NCBI GenBank assembly: GCA_964632215.1
Contig: CAZWBG010000001.1
Coordinates: forward strand, 241,776-305,775
DNA length: 64,000 nucleotides
From: an uncultured Candidatus Saccharibacteria bacterium
GTDB taxonomy: Bacteria > Patescibacteriota > Saccharimonadia > Saccharimonadales > UBA7683
Reading direction: 5' to 3'
Numbering within the stretch: the stretch's first letter is position 1; each line of letters starts with the position of its first letter. Both the position numbers and the translations under genes were made by a program. This document shows positions 10,320 to 18,835 of this stretch, piece by piece. The notes under the pieces are model-generated. The model saw only the letters and a list, made by a program, of their open reading frames with translations. It did no database searches and had not been told where the DNA came from.

Positions 10320-10372
10320 GTGGAGATGAGTGTGGTTGATCCGAATCGATCGACATGCACACTCATCTCCAC
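10320..10372. other. Perfect 15-bp inverted repeat (stem-loop) with a 23-nt loop
   Basis: GTGGAGATGAGTGTG at 10320-10334 and its exact reverse complement at 10358-10372. The loop contains the mini-palindrome GATCGATCGAC. Confidence 0.6.
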
Positions 10373-10498
10373 TACCAACTTTCTGTTTTGCTACTTTACC
10401 AAAGCCCTGAATTATTCAGTCTTTTGGCAAAGTAAGTCAAGTTTTGCAAAAATCTACAAAAGAGCTTATGATAATTCATATAACTTTTGGAGACAAAA

Positions 10499-11563
10499 AT
10501 GACATTGCTCGAGGGAATTCAGAGTTTAACCTCATTTGGTGAGAAAGCACCAGAGAGGAAGAGACTCCTAACCCCTGAATACCGTGCTCAGCTGCAAAGA
10601 GAGTCTGAGATCATTTGGATGGATGAGTTAGAGACCACAACTACACCTCACGGCGAGATTACACGGTTCGGCTTTGTTACCGAAAATGGCCATTCCTACG
10701 CTGCGCTCGTGACTAAACCTTTCGAACAACTCACAGACGTACCCGTACTGAGCACCACGCCATGGATTGCCAGTACAGAAGGTCACACCGAGCACATTGA
10801 AAGACACCTGCTTCAGATAGGCGCACCAGGCATATTAGTAGGTGCCGAGGGAAGCCTTCGCCCACCAAAAGAATATACGAAGGATAATCCTCGGCCTACA
10901 CTTGCAGCCTCAGCAGCGGCTATGTACCAATTCACAAATATAATAAAGCCACTGATGCCACACTTATCAGCTGAGTCCGTAACAGTCTTTGGCGAATCGC
11001 GAGCCGCCATGATTGGGCTTGGCCTAGTAGCACTTGAGGAAGATTTCAACCAGAAAGTACTCTACGCCGATTTAGTAGCGCCTTGCTTTCCGCGCGGATT
11101 AGAACCAGTAGACCTGCTTGAAATCCCTAAGCAGCTCGCCCGAGAGCCACTTTCACTCTTTAAACTTATCGGCCGAGTGAGCCAACGAGCAATTCTACAC
11201 TATCCTTCGACCATAGACCCACACCCCATGGCGATTAAGCAACAGATTCGGACTATACCAGCTTTGCTTGGTGCAGAGGCTGGTGATCTAGCTCGTGAGA
11301 TCACCAGTAGCACACCAATTCATATCACTTGTTTTAACGGTGATTTTATCTCAATGTGCCAAGAGTGGGAGGCTCTATTCACTCACCATCCAAACGTGCA
11401 AATAACCCCGCTAGACGGCCAGCATCTTACCATTTGCGATCCAGAAACTTTAGATTTCATAAAAGCTCGCTACCTAGCCTTTGCCACAGCATATCAAAGC
11501 AAGCTCCAGCTCAGTAAAACCAGTATTTTTAACCTCGCCCACTGGCACAAAAGAAAACTCTAA
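10499..11563 (+). CDS. Hypothetical protein (possible alpha/beta-fold)
   Basis: ~355 aa with no confident motif. GESRA resembles a degenerate nucleophile elbow. Stop codon overlaps convergently with paralog B. Confidence 0.4.
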   Translation: MTLLEGIQSLTSFGEKAPERKRLLTPEYRAQLQRESEIIWMDELETTTTPHGEITRFGFVTENGHSYAALVTKPFEQLTDVPVLSTTPWIASTEGHTEHIERHLLQIGAPGILVGAEGSLRPPKEYTKDNPRPTLAASAAAMYQFTNIIKPLMPHLSAESVTVFGESRAAMIGLGLVALEEDFNQKVLYADLVAPCFPRGLEPVDLLEIPKQLAREPLSLFKLIGRVSQRAILHYPSTIDPHPMAIKQQIRTIPALLGAEAGDLAREITSSTPIHITCFNGDFISMCQEWEALFTHHPNVQITPLDGQHLTICDPETLDFIKARYLAFATAYQSKLQLSKTSIFNLAHWHKRKL

Positions 11564-12267
11564 CTAGTAGGACTTACTATCCAGGATATGACTTGACTGT
11601 GTAGTCTTTTATATTCTGCTTCTTCAAATTGCATGTTAGCGATACAATACTGGCGACCCTTCATATTTGTACAGAACATACTGTCTTGCATATCACCACA
11701 ATCATGCATCATGAGACAGTTTGTGAGATTTGCTGAACGTGTGGCTCCAAAGCTATTGGAGCAATGTATACTGTCATCAACTCTCAGACAAAATGTGGAT
11801 GTCCCAGTACGTTGGCAGGCAGCCATGAATTCACTATCAAAAATTCCGTCACTATACAGTACGTTCTTTGATCTAGTTATATCTTGTGAATGAAATACGT
11901 TCTCAGACTGCATGATTAAGTCTGATTCGGCGACATTGAGCGAGTTAATCGCAAATTCGGTCGTCGTAAAGTTAATGTGGTCCCACTTAGAAAGTAAGTC
12001 GTTCAAGTCTGCGATTGGCTGCGTAGCATATAGCCCCTCTGAGGCCGTAGCTCCATTGTTTCGAGCATTATCCATCTTGATAAACTTTGTTGGATTGACA
12101 GAAGTAGCCCATGTAATAGACCCGTCTGTGGCATCTTTAACAGGCTGGGGTAGCCTAACGTCGAAAGTGAACTTTTCGACACATTGTTCAAATGTAAGCG
12201 GATTTTGAACCCCAAATATTTGCTTGATGATTTTGTCTAGGATTTTTTTAGCTTCGATATCATTCAT
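11560..12267 (-). CDS. Cys-rich protein, paralog B of a tandem pair (unknown family)
   Basis: 235 aa. Strongly similar to the 12277-12981 product at its N-terminus (EAKKILDKII..NPLT..FDVRLPQ..NPTKFI..DNARN) and C-terminus (HDC.DMQDSMFCTNM.G.QYCIANMQFE), with a diverged middle. Confidence 0.6.
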   Translation of the reverse strand: MNDIEAKKILDKIIKQIFGVQNPLTFEQCVEKFTFDVRLPQPVKDATDGSITWATSVNPTKFIKMDNARNNGATASEGLYATQPIADLNDLLSKWDHINFTTTEFAINSLNVAESDLIMQSENVFHSQDITRSKNVLYSDGIFDSEFMAACQRTGTSTFCLRVDDSIHCSNSFGATRSANLTNCLMMHDCGDMQDSMFCTNMKGRQYCIANMQFEEAEYKRLHSQVISWIVSPTS

Positions 12268-12276
12268 AATATGGCC

Positions 12277-12981
12277 TTAAGACGCTGGTGATAATATCCA
12301 CTGCACTACTTGCAGACGTAGCTTCTCGTACTCCTCTTTCTCGAACTGCATATTAGCAATACAGTACTGCTTACCACGCATGTTAGTACAGAACATACTA
12401 TCTTGCATGTCATAACAGTCATGGATAAAGAAGCTGTTAGTAATCTTGCTACTCCAAGACACCCCAAAGCTATTAGAGCATTCACCGCTATCTTCTATTC
12501 GAATACAGAATGCGTTGTTACCAGAACGCTGTCCTGCAGCAATGAATTCAGAGTCTTCAACCCCATCAGAAAACAATATATTTTTACTTCGGCGTATATC
12601 TTGTGACCTATAAACATTCTCTGAATTATAAATATTATCACATTCTGCAATGTTCAAAGAGTCAATTTGTCTCTCGGTTGTAGTGTAATTAATTTCATTC
12701 CACTGAGCCAAGAGATCCTGCAGTGAGTTGATCTGCTGCTTCTCGCGAAGTCCATCACCTGACCCGTGCTGGTTGCGGGCATTATCAATACGTATAAATT
12801 TCGTTGGATTCGTTGACTGTGCCCACGTAGGACTATTGTCAGTGGTATCAAAAACCTGCTGTGGTAAACGAACGTCAAAAGCAAATTTTTGCATAAACTG
12901 TTCAAGTGTAAGAGGGTTTTGGTAACCACAAACCTGTCCAATTATCTTATCTAGTATCTTCTTTGCTTCAGTAGCGTTCAT
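12277..12981 (-). CDS. Cys-rich protein, paralog A of a tandem pair (unknown family)
   Basis: 234 aa. Same conserved blocks as paralog B. Lies 12 nt downstream of the ATPase gene and 10 nt upstream of paralog B. Confidence 0.6.
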   Translation of the reverse strand: MNATEAKKILDKIIGQVCGYQNPLTLEQFMQKFAFDVRLPQQVFDTTDNSPTWAQSTNPTKFIRIDNARNQHGSGDGLREKQQINSLQDLLAQWNEINYTTTERQIDSLNIAECDNIYNSENVYRSQDIRRSKNILFSDGVEDSEFIAAGQRSGNNAFCIRIEDSGECSNSFGVSWSSKITNSFFIHDCYDMQDSMFCTNMRGKQYCIANMQFEKEEYEKLRLQVVQWILSPAS

Positions 12982-12992
12982 GTGGTACTCCT

Positions 12993-14993
12993 CTATTTCT
13001 TTAATTTCTTTCGACTTGATGACTGGCTAGCAAGTAGGTCCTGCAAATTCATGAACTGCTTCGGTGCGTCAGCAGGTGGTGCTTCTGGTTGGTATCCTAC
13101 ATTCATCGGTGACATAGCAGTGGCTGATTGCGCCTGAGCTATTTCGAGCTCTTTTTGTCGCTCGATAAACTTCTGTGGCAGCTCTTGCTGTTGATCATAT
13201 GTCTTTAGTTTCACGCCTGTACTAACAACTGGTGCAGCCGTTACATCTAGTGTGCGAGCTTTAATACACGGCAGTACTTGCCCATTCGCACTTAACCGTA
13301 GGAAACACTCACGGGGATGCAAAGATGTAAGCATCTGTACGCGCACATCGCTTTGTTTTAAGCCCTTGTCTTTCTCGGCTTCTAAAATCTCCTTCGGTAG
13401 TTCGATCGTTAAGTTACCCTCTAATGAGCGGGCATCCTCTTCAGAAACCTTAAAGACATAGTAGTTCATAACATTGGTAAAGATGGCTGCTTGCAGGTCT
13501 TTTTCAATTTGTCCAAAGTACTGCTGTGTCAAAATGACTGATAGATTAAATTTACGGGCTTCTGCCAAAATTGCCGCAAGAGCTGGATTTTGAATTACCG
13601 AGACCTCATCAATAACCAAAATAACTTTTTGATTAAACGCTCGCGCTTGTGCTAAAAGGAAGATCTGCTGAATTAAAAGCCCTGCTATGGTCTTAACTAC
13701 CTTTTCACCCATGCTTACCTTATTTAATGAGAAAGTGGTGAGGAAATTGCTGTTAATTATCTGTCCAAGCGATGTTGCATTTTGATCATTGCCTGCGAGC
13801 GAAGGCTGCATCTGCATCTCATCTACCAATGAAACGATAGGCGAGATTGCTTCGTTATAATATTTCGTTCTGATTTCATTAAAGTCAGTACCGAAGAAAC
13901 GGACAATGTTAGCAGGCACATATGACGAAACGTGATCAAGTAGCTGATTACGGTACTCTATATCAGTCACGAAGCGCTTCAGGGAATCAAGTGACATCAC
14001 TTGTGCTGTCATAAGCACGTAGAGCGAGAATCGTAAGACTCGCTCTAATTTAGGGTTGTGCTGGTCATTAAGAAGCGATTTGAAGAGTGTGCCCGTAAGT
14101 TCGGTGGCAGCTGAAATATCCGTGCCTGCACCACCAAATAACTCTGCTCCGTCATCCTGGCCCTTAAAATTAATGACCGTGCTGTCTTTAATACCCTTGA
14201 GATCGCCTTCAAGCGATGCATGCGGGTCAATAACAATTACTCGATAGTTCTGCTTAAGCCCTGGTGAATTAGCTAATTTATCAACAAGAAGCGTAATTAG
14301 CTTTGACTTACCACTTCCGCTGGCACCAATAATGAACGAGTGTTTATCAAAATCATAAGACGTAAGTGGTAAATAGTAATTCTTTGGTAAATATGGAAAT
14401 GTATCTACCTCAAAAATTGCGCCCATATCTTCACTCTGCATAATATGTAACGATTTTTGAATATCAAGATATTTACTCACTTTATTGCGCAAATATCTTG
14501 TATTTGTAGCAAAATCTACCTGAAGTAATTGAGCGGGGAAGAGTGGCATCAACTTATTACTTACCGACCACTGATTAGCACTGTCTTTAAAATAAAGTTG
14601 AAGCTTTGTAATTGCTTTATCAGCATTTACTCGACGACACTTTATTACTGCAAAACAAAGTTCTTTGGCTTTTTTAACATGATACTTCTCACGTATGTCC
14701 AATAAATTGGACCCCCCCCTAATCATAACGAGCCTCTCTTTGCTCGCTGTTGATGGCAAGCCAATATCAGACCTCTCCACGGGTCTTAAAACTCCAACTT
14801 CAATATTATTCGACAGTGTACTGATATCTTTACTGCTTAGAATAAAATAGCGAACTGTATTTTCATCAATCTTGACTATAACCTGAAATTCACTGAGTAA
14901 GCCGACGTATTGAGAGAAAACATTATAAAGTCGCTTCCAGTCAGTGTCAGTAATCTGATCAGTCAGTAAAAGGAATTCAAAAGCGTATTTCAT
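12993..14993 (-). CDS. HerA/FtsK/VirB4-clade (DUF87/AAA_10-type) P-loop ATPase with a unique ~220-aa N-terminal domain
   Basis: Walker A ([13 protein letters not shown]) followed by [12 protein letters not shown] (HerA-like DPHGEY-type motif), Walker B ([10 protein letters not shown]), and [18 protein letters not shown] (the TQ motif of HerA/VirB4 ATPases). Confidence 0.6.
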   Translation of the reverse strand: MKYAFEFLLLTDQITDTDWKRLYNVFSQYVGLLSEFQVIVKIDENTVRYFILSSKDISTLSNNIEVGVLRPVERSDIGLPSTASKERLVMIRGGSNLLDIREKYHVKKAKELCFAVIKCRRVNADKAITKLQLYFKDSANQWSVSNKLMPLFPAQLLQVDFATNTRYLRNKVSKYLDIQKSLHIMQSEDMGAIFEVDTFPYLPKNYYLPLTSYDFDKHSFIIGASGSGKSKLITLLVDKLANSPGLKQNYRVIVIDPHASLEGDLKGIKDSTVINFKGQDDGAELFGGAGTDISAATELTGTLFKSLLNDQHNPKLERVLRFSLYVLMTAQVMSLDSLKRFVTDIEYRNQLLDHVSSYVPANIVRFFGTDFNEIRTKYYNEAISPIVSLVDEMQMQPSLAGNDQNATSLGQIINSNFLTTFSLNKVSMGEKVVKTIAGLLIQQIFLLAQARAFNQKVILVIDEVSVIQNPALAAILAEARKFNLSVILTQQYFGQIEKDLQAAIFTNVMNYYVFKVSEEDARSLEGNLTIELPKEILEAEKDKGLKQSDVRVQMLTSLHPRECFLRLSANGQVLPCIKARTLDVTAAPVVSTGVKLKTYDQQQELPQKFIERQKELEIAQAQSATAMSPMNVGYQPEAPPADAPKQFMNLQDLLASQSSSRKKLKK

Positions 14994-15318
14994 GTTTATT
15001 TAGATGACCTAATCTTATATATCATAGAACCTTCTGAAACTAGATTATACCCCAAGAGCAGCTATAAACGCTAATCATTAGATTCAGCCTGTACTACCTG
15101 ATAAGATTACCCGTCAAAAGCACAAATTGGATTGCTAGCTATTTTAGCTAACTATACCAATATACAATACTGCCTGTTGCGCAGTTTGCTTTATTTCATT
15201 ATTTTTGTTCTAATATACTATAGAAGGTGTTGAGCTAAGTTTTAAGCTCCATCTTTGCCCTTCAACAGAGTAGATAACCACAAAGTCCAAACCACCACTC
15301 ATAGAAAGAGTCTTCGAT

Positions 15319-15429
15319 ATGAGAAATCGAATCATTCCTCTTGCAGTGATCACGTTCATCCTATGCTTCTTATACAGGAACCACCGAAAACTGTACCCGA
15401 AAGAGAGTAATTTCAGCTACCCCAATTAG
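15319..15429 (+). CDS. Small hydrophobic peptide (36 aa), not in the ORF track
   Basis: ATG at 15319, MRNRIIPLAVITFILCFLYRNHRKLYPKESNFSYPN, single TM. Confidence 0.3.
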   Translation: MRNRIIPLAVITFILCFLYRNHRKLYPKESNFSYPN

Positions 15430-15447
15430 GAGGTAAGCCTGCCAATC

Positions 15448-15585
15448 TTGATTATAGTCTATACCGTTCTGACGGTACTAGTGATCGTTGTCTGGCCAAT
15501 CTTCCTCTACATCTACGTCACCGAGAAGACCAAGCCTAGGAAACGACCTATGCCAAGTACAGGTCAACTCAAAGACAAGAGGTAA
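15448..15585 (+). CDS. Small hydrophobic peptide (~45 aa, TTG start)
   Basis: AGGAGG at 15428-15433 precedes the TTG at 15448. Translation is LIIVYTVLTVLVIVVWPIFLYIYVTEKTKPRKRP. Its stop abuts the next ATG. Confidence 0.3.
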   Translation: MIIVYTVLTVLVIVVWPIFLYIYVTEKTKPRKRPMPSTGQLKDKR

Positions 15586-15586
15586 C

Positions 15587-15832
15587 ATGACACTCCTATG
15601 GATCTACCTTGCAGGCGTGCTTATCACCGGCAGTGTAATCACATACAAATTTTTCAAAAAAGGACCGCCTACTGATTTACAAGGTGAATATATACCACTG
15701 CCGTATGTAGTCGAATTCGTATCTCTTGTCACTCTACTGTGGTTTGTAGTCGTATTTGCATATGGAATTGTCGCATGCAGGTGGTTGATTGATGAAATCA
15801 GGTATATGGCTCATCAAAGAGCCCGAGGATAG
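15587..15832 (+). CDS. Small two-TM membrane protein (81 aa)
   Basis: Internal ATG at 15587 preceded by GAGGTAA. MTLLWIYLAGVLITGSVITY followed by a second helix. Confidence 0.4.
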   Translation: MTLLWIYLAGVLITGSVITYKFFKKGPPTDLQGEYIPLPYVVEFVSLVTLLWFVVVFAYGIVACRWLIDEIRYMAHQRARG

Positions 15833-16044
15833 GTATGCAACGAGATCATGTTTGAAAGTAACCTTCTGACACGGTCGGGGCACAAGTTTGAGCATATAGC
15901 TCATTGCCCCGACCCTAGTGATGATACGAATTTCTACTCTGTTGATACAACCAAAGTTTTCAAACTATTTTTGAAGGTTTTGGCTGTAAAGCCACCACAT
16001 AGAGTTTGTGTTTAACCTCGGTAAGGCTGATACACTTATGTCCA

Positions 16045-17166
16045 ATGACTAAAGTGATGCTTGAGAAACAATTTGGTCCACGTGAGATATTACCTGAGTC
16101 TATGTGGACTGGCCTCACACGCAGCGGTGAAGGTGTAAAAAGCTGGACCTCACCCATGCGGCGAGCTCAGTCTGGTTTTTTATCAAGTAATGCTGGTGTC
16201 TGGTTGCCAAACATAGGTGATTCTGAGGTAGATTTAAAACTACTTCAGACAAAGATCGTACATGGTCCGGAGGGAAGCCTTCTACTCGAAGGCACACAAA
16301 GAGAGCGGGTTATCACCACCCTTTCTGCACTAGCTATTACAGAGACTGGTTGCTGGCAAACAAATGAAGAGAGTAACCAGGCTAGTCTTGCAGAGCTAAC
16401 GGAAATAGACACAGGGCGCAATATTCTGGAAGCGCCAGAGAATCATATGGCGATTAATCAGTGCGGTAACACTCGTTGTCTATATCACAGGCATTACGAT
16501 GCAACACTTGATGTCCCCAGCGGGCGGCGCGAACTTCTGTACCCCAATCTTGACCTCTATCAAAACCACGATGACAGCGTTATTACTGCCTGGGGCAATA
16601 TTTTACCAAGTGTAGATGAAAGCCGAGAAAAGCTGAGAGAATTGCAATTGCAATGCCTACCTTACGCCACAAGAAAAGACGCACTCTTAACACTTGGTGG
16701 TATTTCCCAGCTCAGCCTACTACCCACTACTGGATGTTGGTTTACAAAAAGCTATTATATGACACCAGTTGGCGTGTCTGGCTATGAGCGTTGGCAGTAC
16801 GATGCCTACGGCAGACTCAAGATTCCATCACAAAAGGCACGTGAGGCCAATTATGTTGATTTTGCGATACTTGCACATCGTGCTGTTTGGATAGTACTTG
16901 GGAATAAAGTGCGAGATCCGAAGAAGTGGGTACTCAACCATACCTGTGGCTTCCGACCATGCGCCAACCCAGATCACCTAGAAGAGGTAAGCCCTCAGGC
17001 CAATAACCTGCACGGAAGAATGATGGATATTTCGTGCGACATGATTGATGGAACTATTCCAGTTGATGACGGTATAGCTCGCTTAAAAAAGTACACTCGG
17101 CGCCAAAAAATCAGCCGCCAAACTATCGACACATTCTGGTCAAATAATCTCAAAAGTCCACACTAA
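16045..17166 (+). CDS. Protein with a C-terminal HNH (His-Me finger) endonuclease-like motif
   Basis: NHTCGFRPCANPDHLEEV...ANNLHG matches the HxC..C.NP.HL Zn-binding HNH variant common in phage/mobile HNH nucleases. The N-terminal ~300 aa is unknown. Start is ambiguous (TTG 16006, ATG 16045 or 16057). Confidence 0.5.
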   Translation: MTKVMLEKQFGPREILPESMWTGLTRSGEGVKSWTSPMRRAQSGFLSSNAGVWLPNIGDSEVDLKLLQTKIVHGPEGSLLLEGTQRERVITTLSALAITETGCWQTNEESNQASLAELTEIDTGRNILEAPENHMAINQCGNTRCLYHRHYDATLDVPSGRRELLYPNLDLYQNHDDSVITAWGNILPSVDESREKLRELQLQCLPYATRKDALLTLGGISQLSLLPTTGCWFTKSYYMTPVGVSGYERWQYDAYGRLKIPSQKAREANYVDFAILAHRAVWIVLGNKVRDPKKWVLNHTCGFRPCANPDHLEEVSPQANNLHGRMMDISCDMIDGTIPVDDGIARLKKYTRRQKISRQTIDTFWSNNLKSPH

Positions 17167-17322
17167 CTACCTTAGGTTCATATCCTCTAATTGGAACATA
17201 TTATATCGACATATACAATAATTAATATCATAATATTGATATATAATAACTTAACTTGTATAGTATGTGACAGTTCTATCTGAACAGTTAGAAAGTCCCT
17301 TCAAACAATTAAGGCGGTTTCC

Positions 17323-18648
17323 ATGTCAACCAGGACTGAAACACAGGACCCAATCGCAGATGATTCACAAGCCCTGCTTCAGCTGTTCATACAACAGCCC
17401 GAACAAGGTTCAGTAGATGCAACGGTTCCCGTCCGCTGGTGTACCTCACCAGCGCTGGCTCAGATGCTCGAAGACAAGGGTGCAATTAACCCCTTCCTTT
17501 ACATCACCATTCGACCATACACCCAAGGAACATTCGATGATGCAGATGTAAGAATCTACAAGAGTGACTCAGCGAGGTATCTCGTACCGCTCACCCAAGA
17601 AATGCAGTATGTAAGCTTTAGTCGACCAGGCCACAATGAAGTGGCCGCAACCATCGTATGGAACCAAGAAGGCAAGGGAGTCCATACGCTCCAAGCCATA
17701 TTTGCACGTCGTAAGGATGATGACTGGACAAAGAGCTTTCAGGCCTACAGCGAGAGTACTTTTATGTCAGAGATGAACGTTACATACAAGACAAGATCAA
17801 GGCAATACTCAGGCTGTATACTTGGAGAAGCGAGTGACACAATCAGCGTAGATGTCCCGAGCGATATGTTCGCCAAGGAGCCTCCGCAGTGGGTCAAAGA
17901 CTACACGGGCAAGTTCAGTGATACCAAAGCATTTGACCAATGTCGAATGCGGCGCCGAGTACTGATCTCAATGATTTTTTTGCCACTGTTCTTCTTGATC
18001 GGCTATACGTTCAGGACAGCTCTAATGGTAGTTGGCTCATTCTGGGGTCTGAGGAAGATGCGTTTTGGCAATTTTGTGCATCCGTTTCGGGAACGCGCAG
18101 AAGATGTTATGGCTGATATTCACCGTAGTGATTGGAGAGAGCCATTTTGGTTTATCAAAGCTGATGGAAGCATCAGGTCTCCGATCCGATGGCCCATAAA
18201 CCCGATATCTATAGTACTGCTTGCAACTGGCCTCTGGGTGATTGGTTCAATCCAAACTGGTACAGATGAGAATATGGAGCGTCTACTGGGGTGGAGTTGG
18301 CTGCAGGCATTGAGCGTAAGCGTAGCTATTCACCTTTTGCTGATCGCACTTATAGCGGTTGGTTGTGTTCTGGTCTTGATATTTGGCGCCCTCATGGGAG
18401 TTGTTCCTGCTGAGAACATCTCAGCACGATTGACCACTAGGCGGCAACGCCGAGAGCTAGCCAAAGCAAAGCAACAAGAGTTGGACCAGAAGGAACAACT
18501 CGCTGAGCTCTCAAGACAACTTCGGGGCATGACCTGCACAATGGAATCAAGCAAAGTATCTGTTGATGCTTTGCCGGCAAACAAACGCAGTGTTCGCCTG
18601 AGACTCCAGATGACCAAGCAAAAGGTATGCAAGCCCTATGCTCGGTAA
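17323..18648 (+). CDS. Polytopic membrane protein, hypothetical
   Basis: 441 aa: an N-terminal soluble region, then several TM helices and a C-terminal coiled-coil/basic tail. Locally elevated GC. Confidence 0.45.
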   Translation: MSTRTETQDPIADDSQALLQLFIQQPEQGSVDATVPVRWCTSPALAQMLEDKGAINPFLYITIRPYTQGTFDDADVRIYKSDSARYLVPLTQEMQYVSFSRPGHNEVAATIVWNQEGKGVHTLQAIFARRKDDDWTKSFQAYSESTFMSEMNVTYKTRSRQYSGCILGEASDTISVDVPSDMFAKEPPQWVKDYTGKFSDTKAFDQCRMRRRVLISMIFLPLFFLIGYTFRTALMVVGSFWGLRKMRFGNFVHPFRERAEDVMADIHRSDWREPFWFIKADGSIRSPIRWPINPISIVLLATGLWVIGSIQTGTDENMERLLGWSWLQALSVSVAIHLLLIALIAVGCVLVLIFGALMGVVPAENISARLTTRRQRRELAKAKQQELDQKEQLAELSRQLRGMTCTMESSKVSVDALPANKRSVRLRLQMTKQKVCKPYAR

Positions 18649-18835
18649 ATCACCTTAAATGAAAAACATTCTAACCCCAGGATTAAGTAAGTGTGGAACG
18701 ACCACACTGAAGTAGCGTTATAACCCCACGCTCTCCTGGGAAACAGACCCGATGAATATTTCACTCTTTGTGACTATTTGGAGGGTCTTTTTAATTCCAT
18801 TTTAATAGATTCTAGGACTAATCGACCTTAAGGTT

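Noticed and set aside
10320-10502. 60-aa ORF (MEMSVVDPNRSTCTLIST...)
   Set aside because: It begins inside the perfect 15-bp inverted repeat and runs through an AT-rich promoter-like region. It is more likely non-coding structure than a gene.
12003-12941. Short ORFs inside and antisense to the Cys-rich paralogs (12003-12215, 11912-12208, 12654-12941, 12728-12925)
   Set aside because: They are embedded in two mutually supporting paralogous reading frames, so the paralogs are the real genes.
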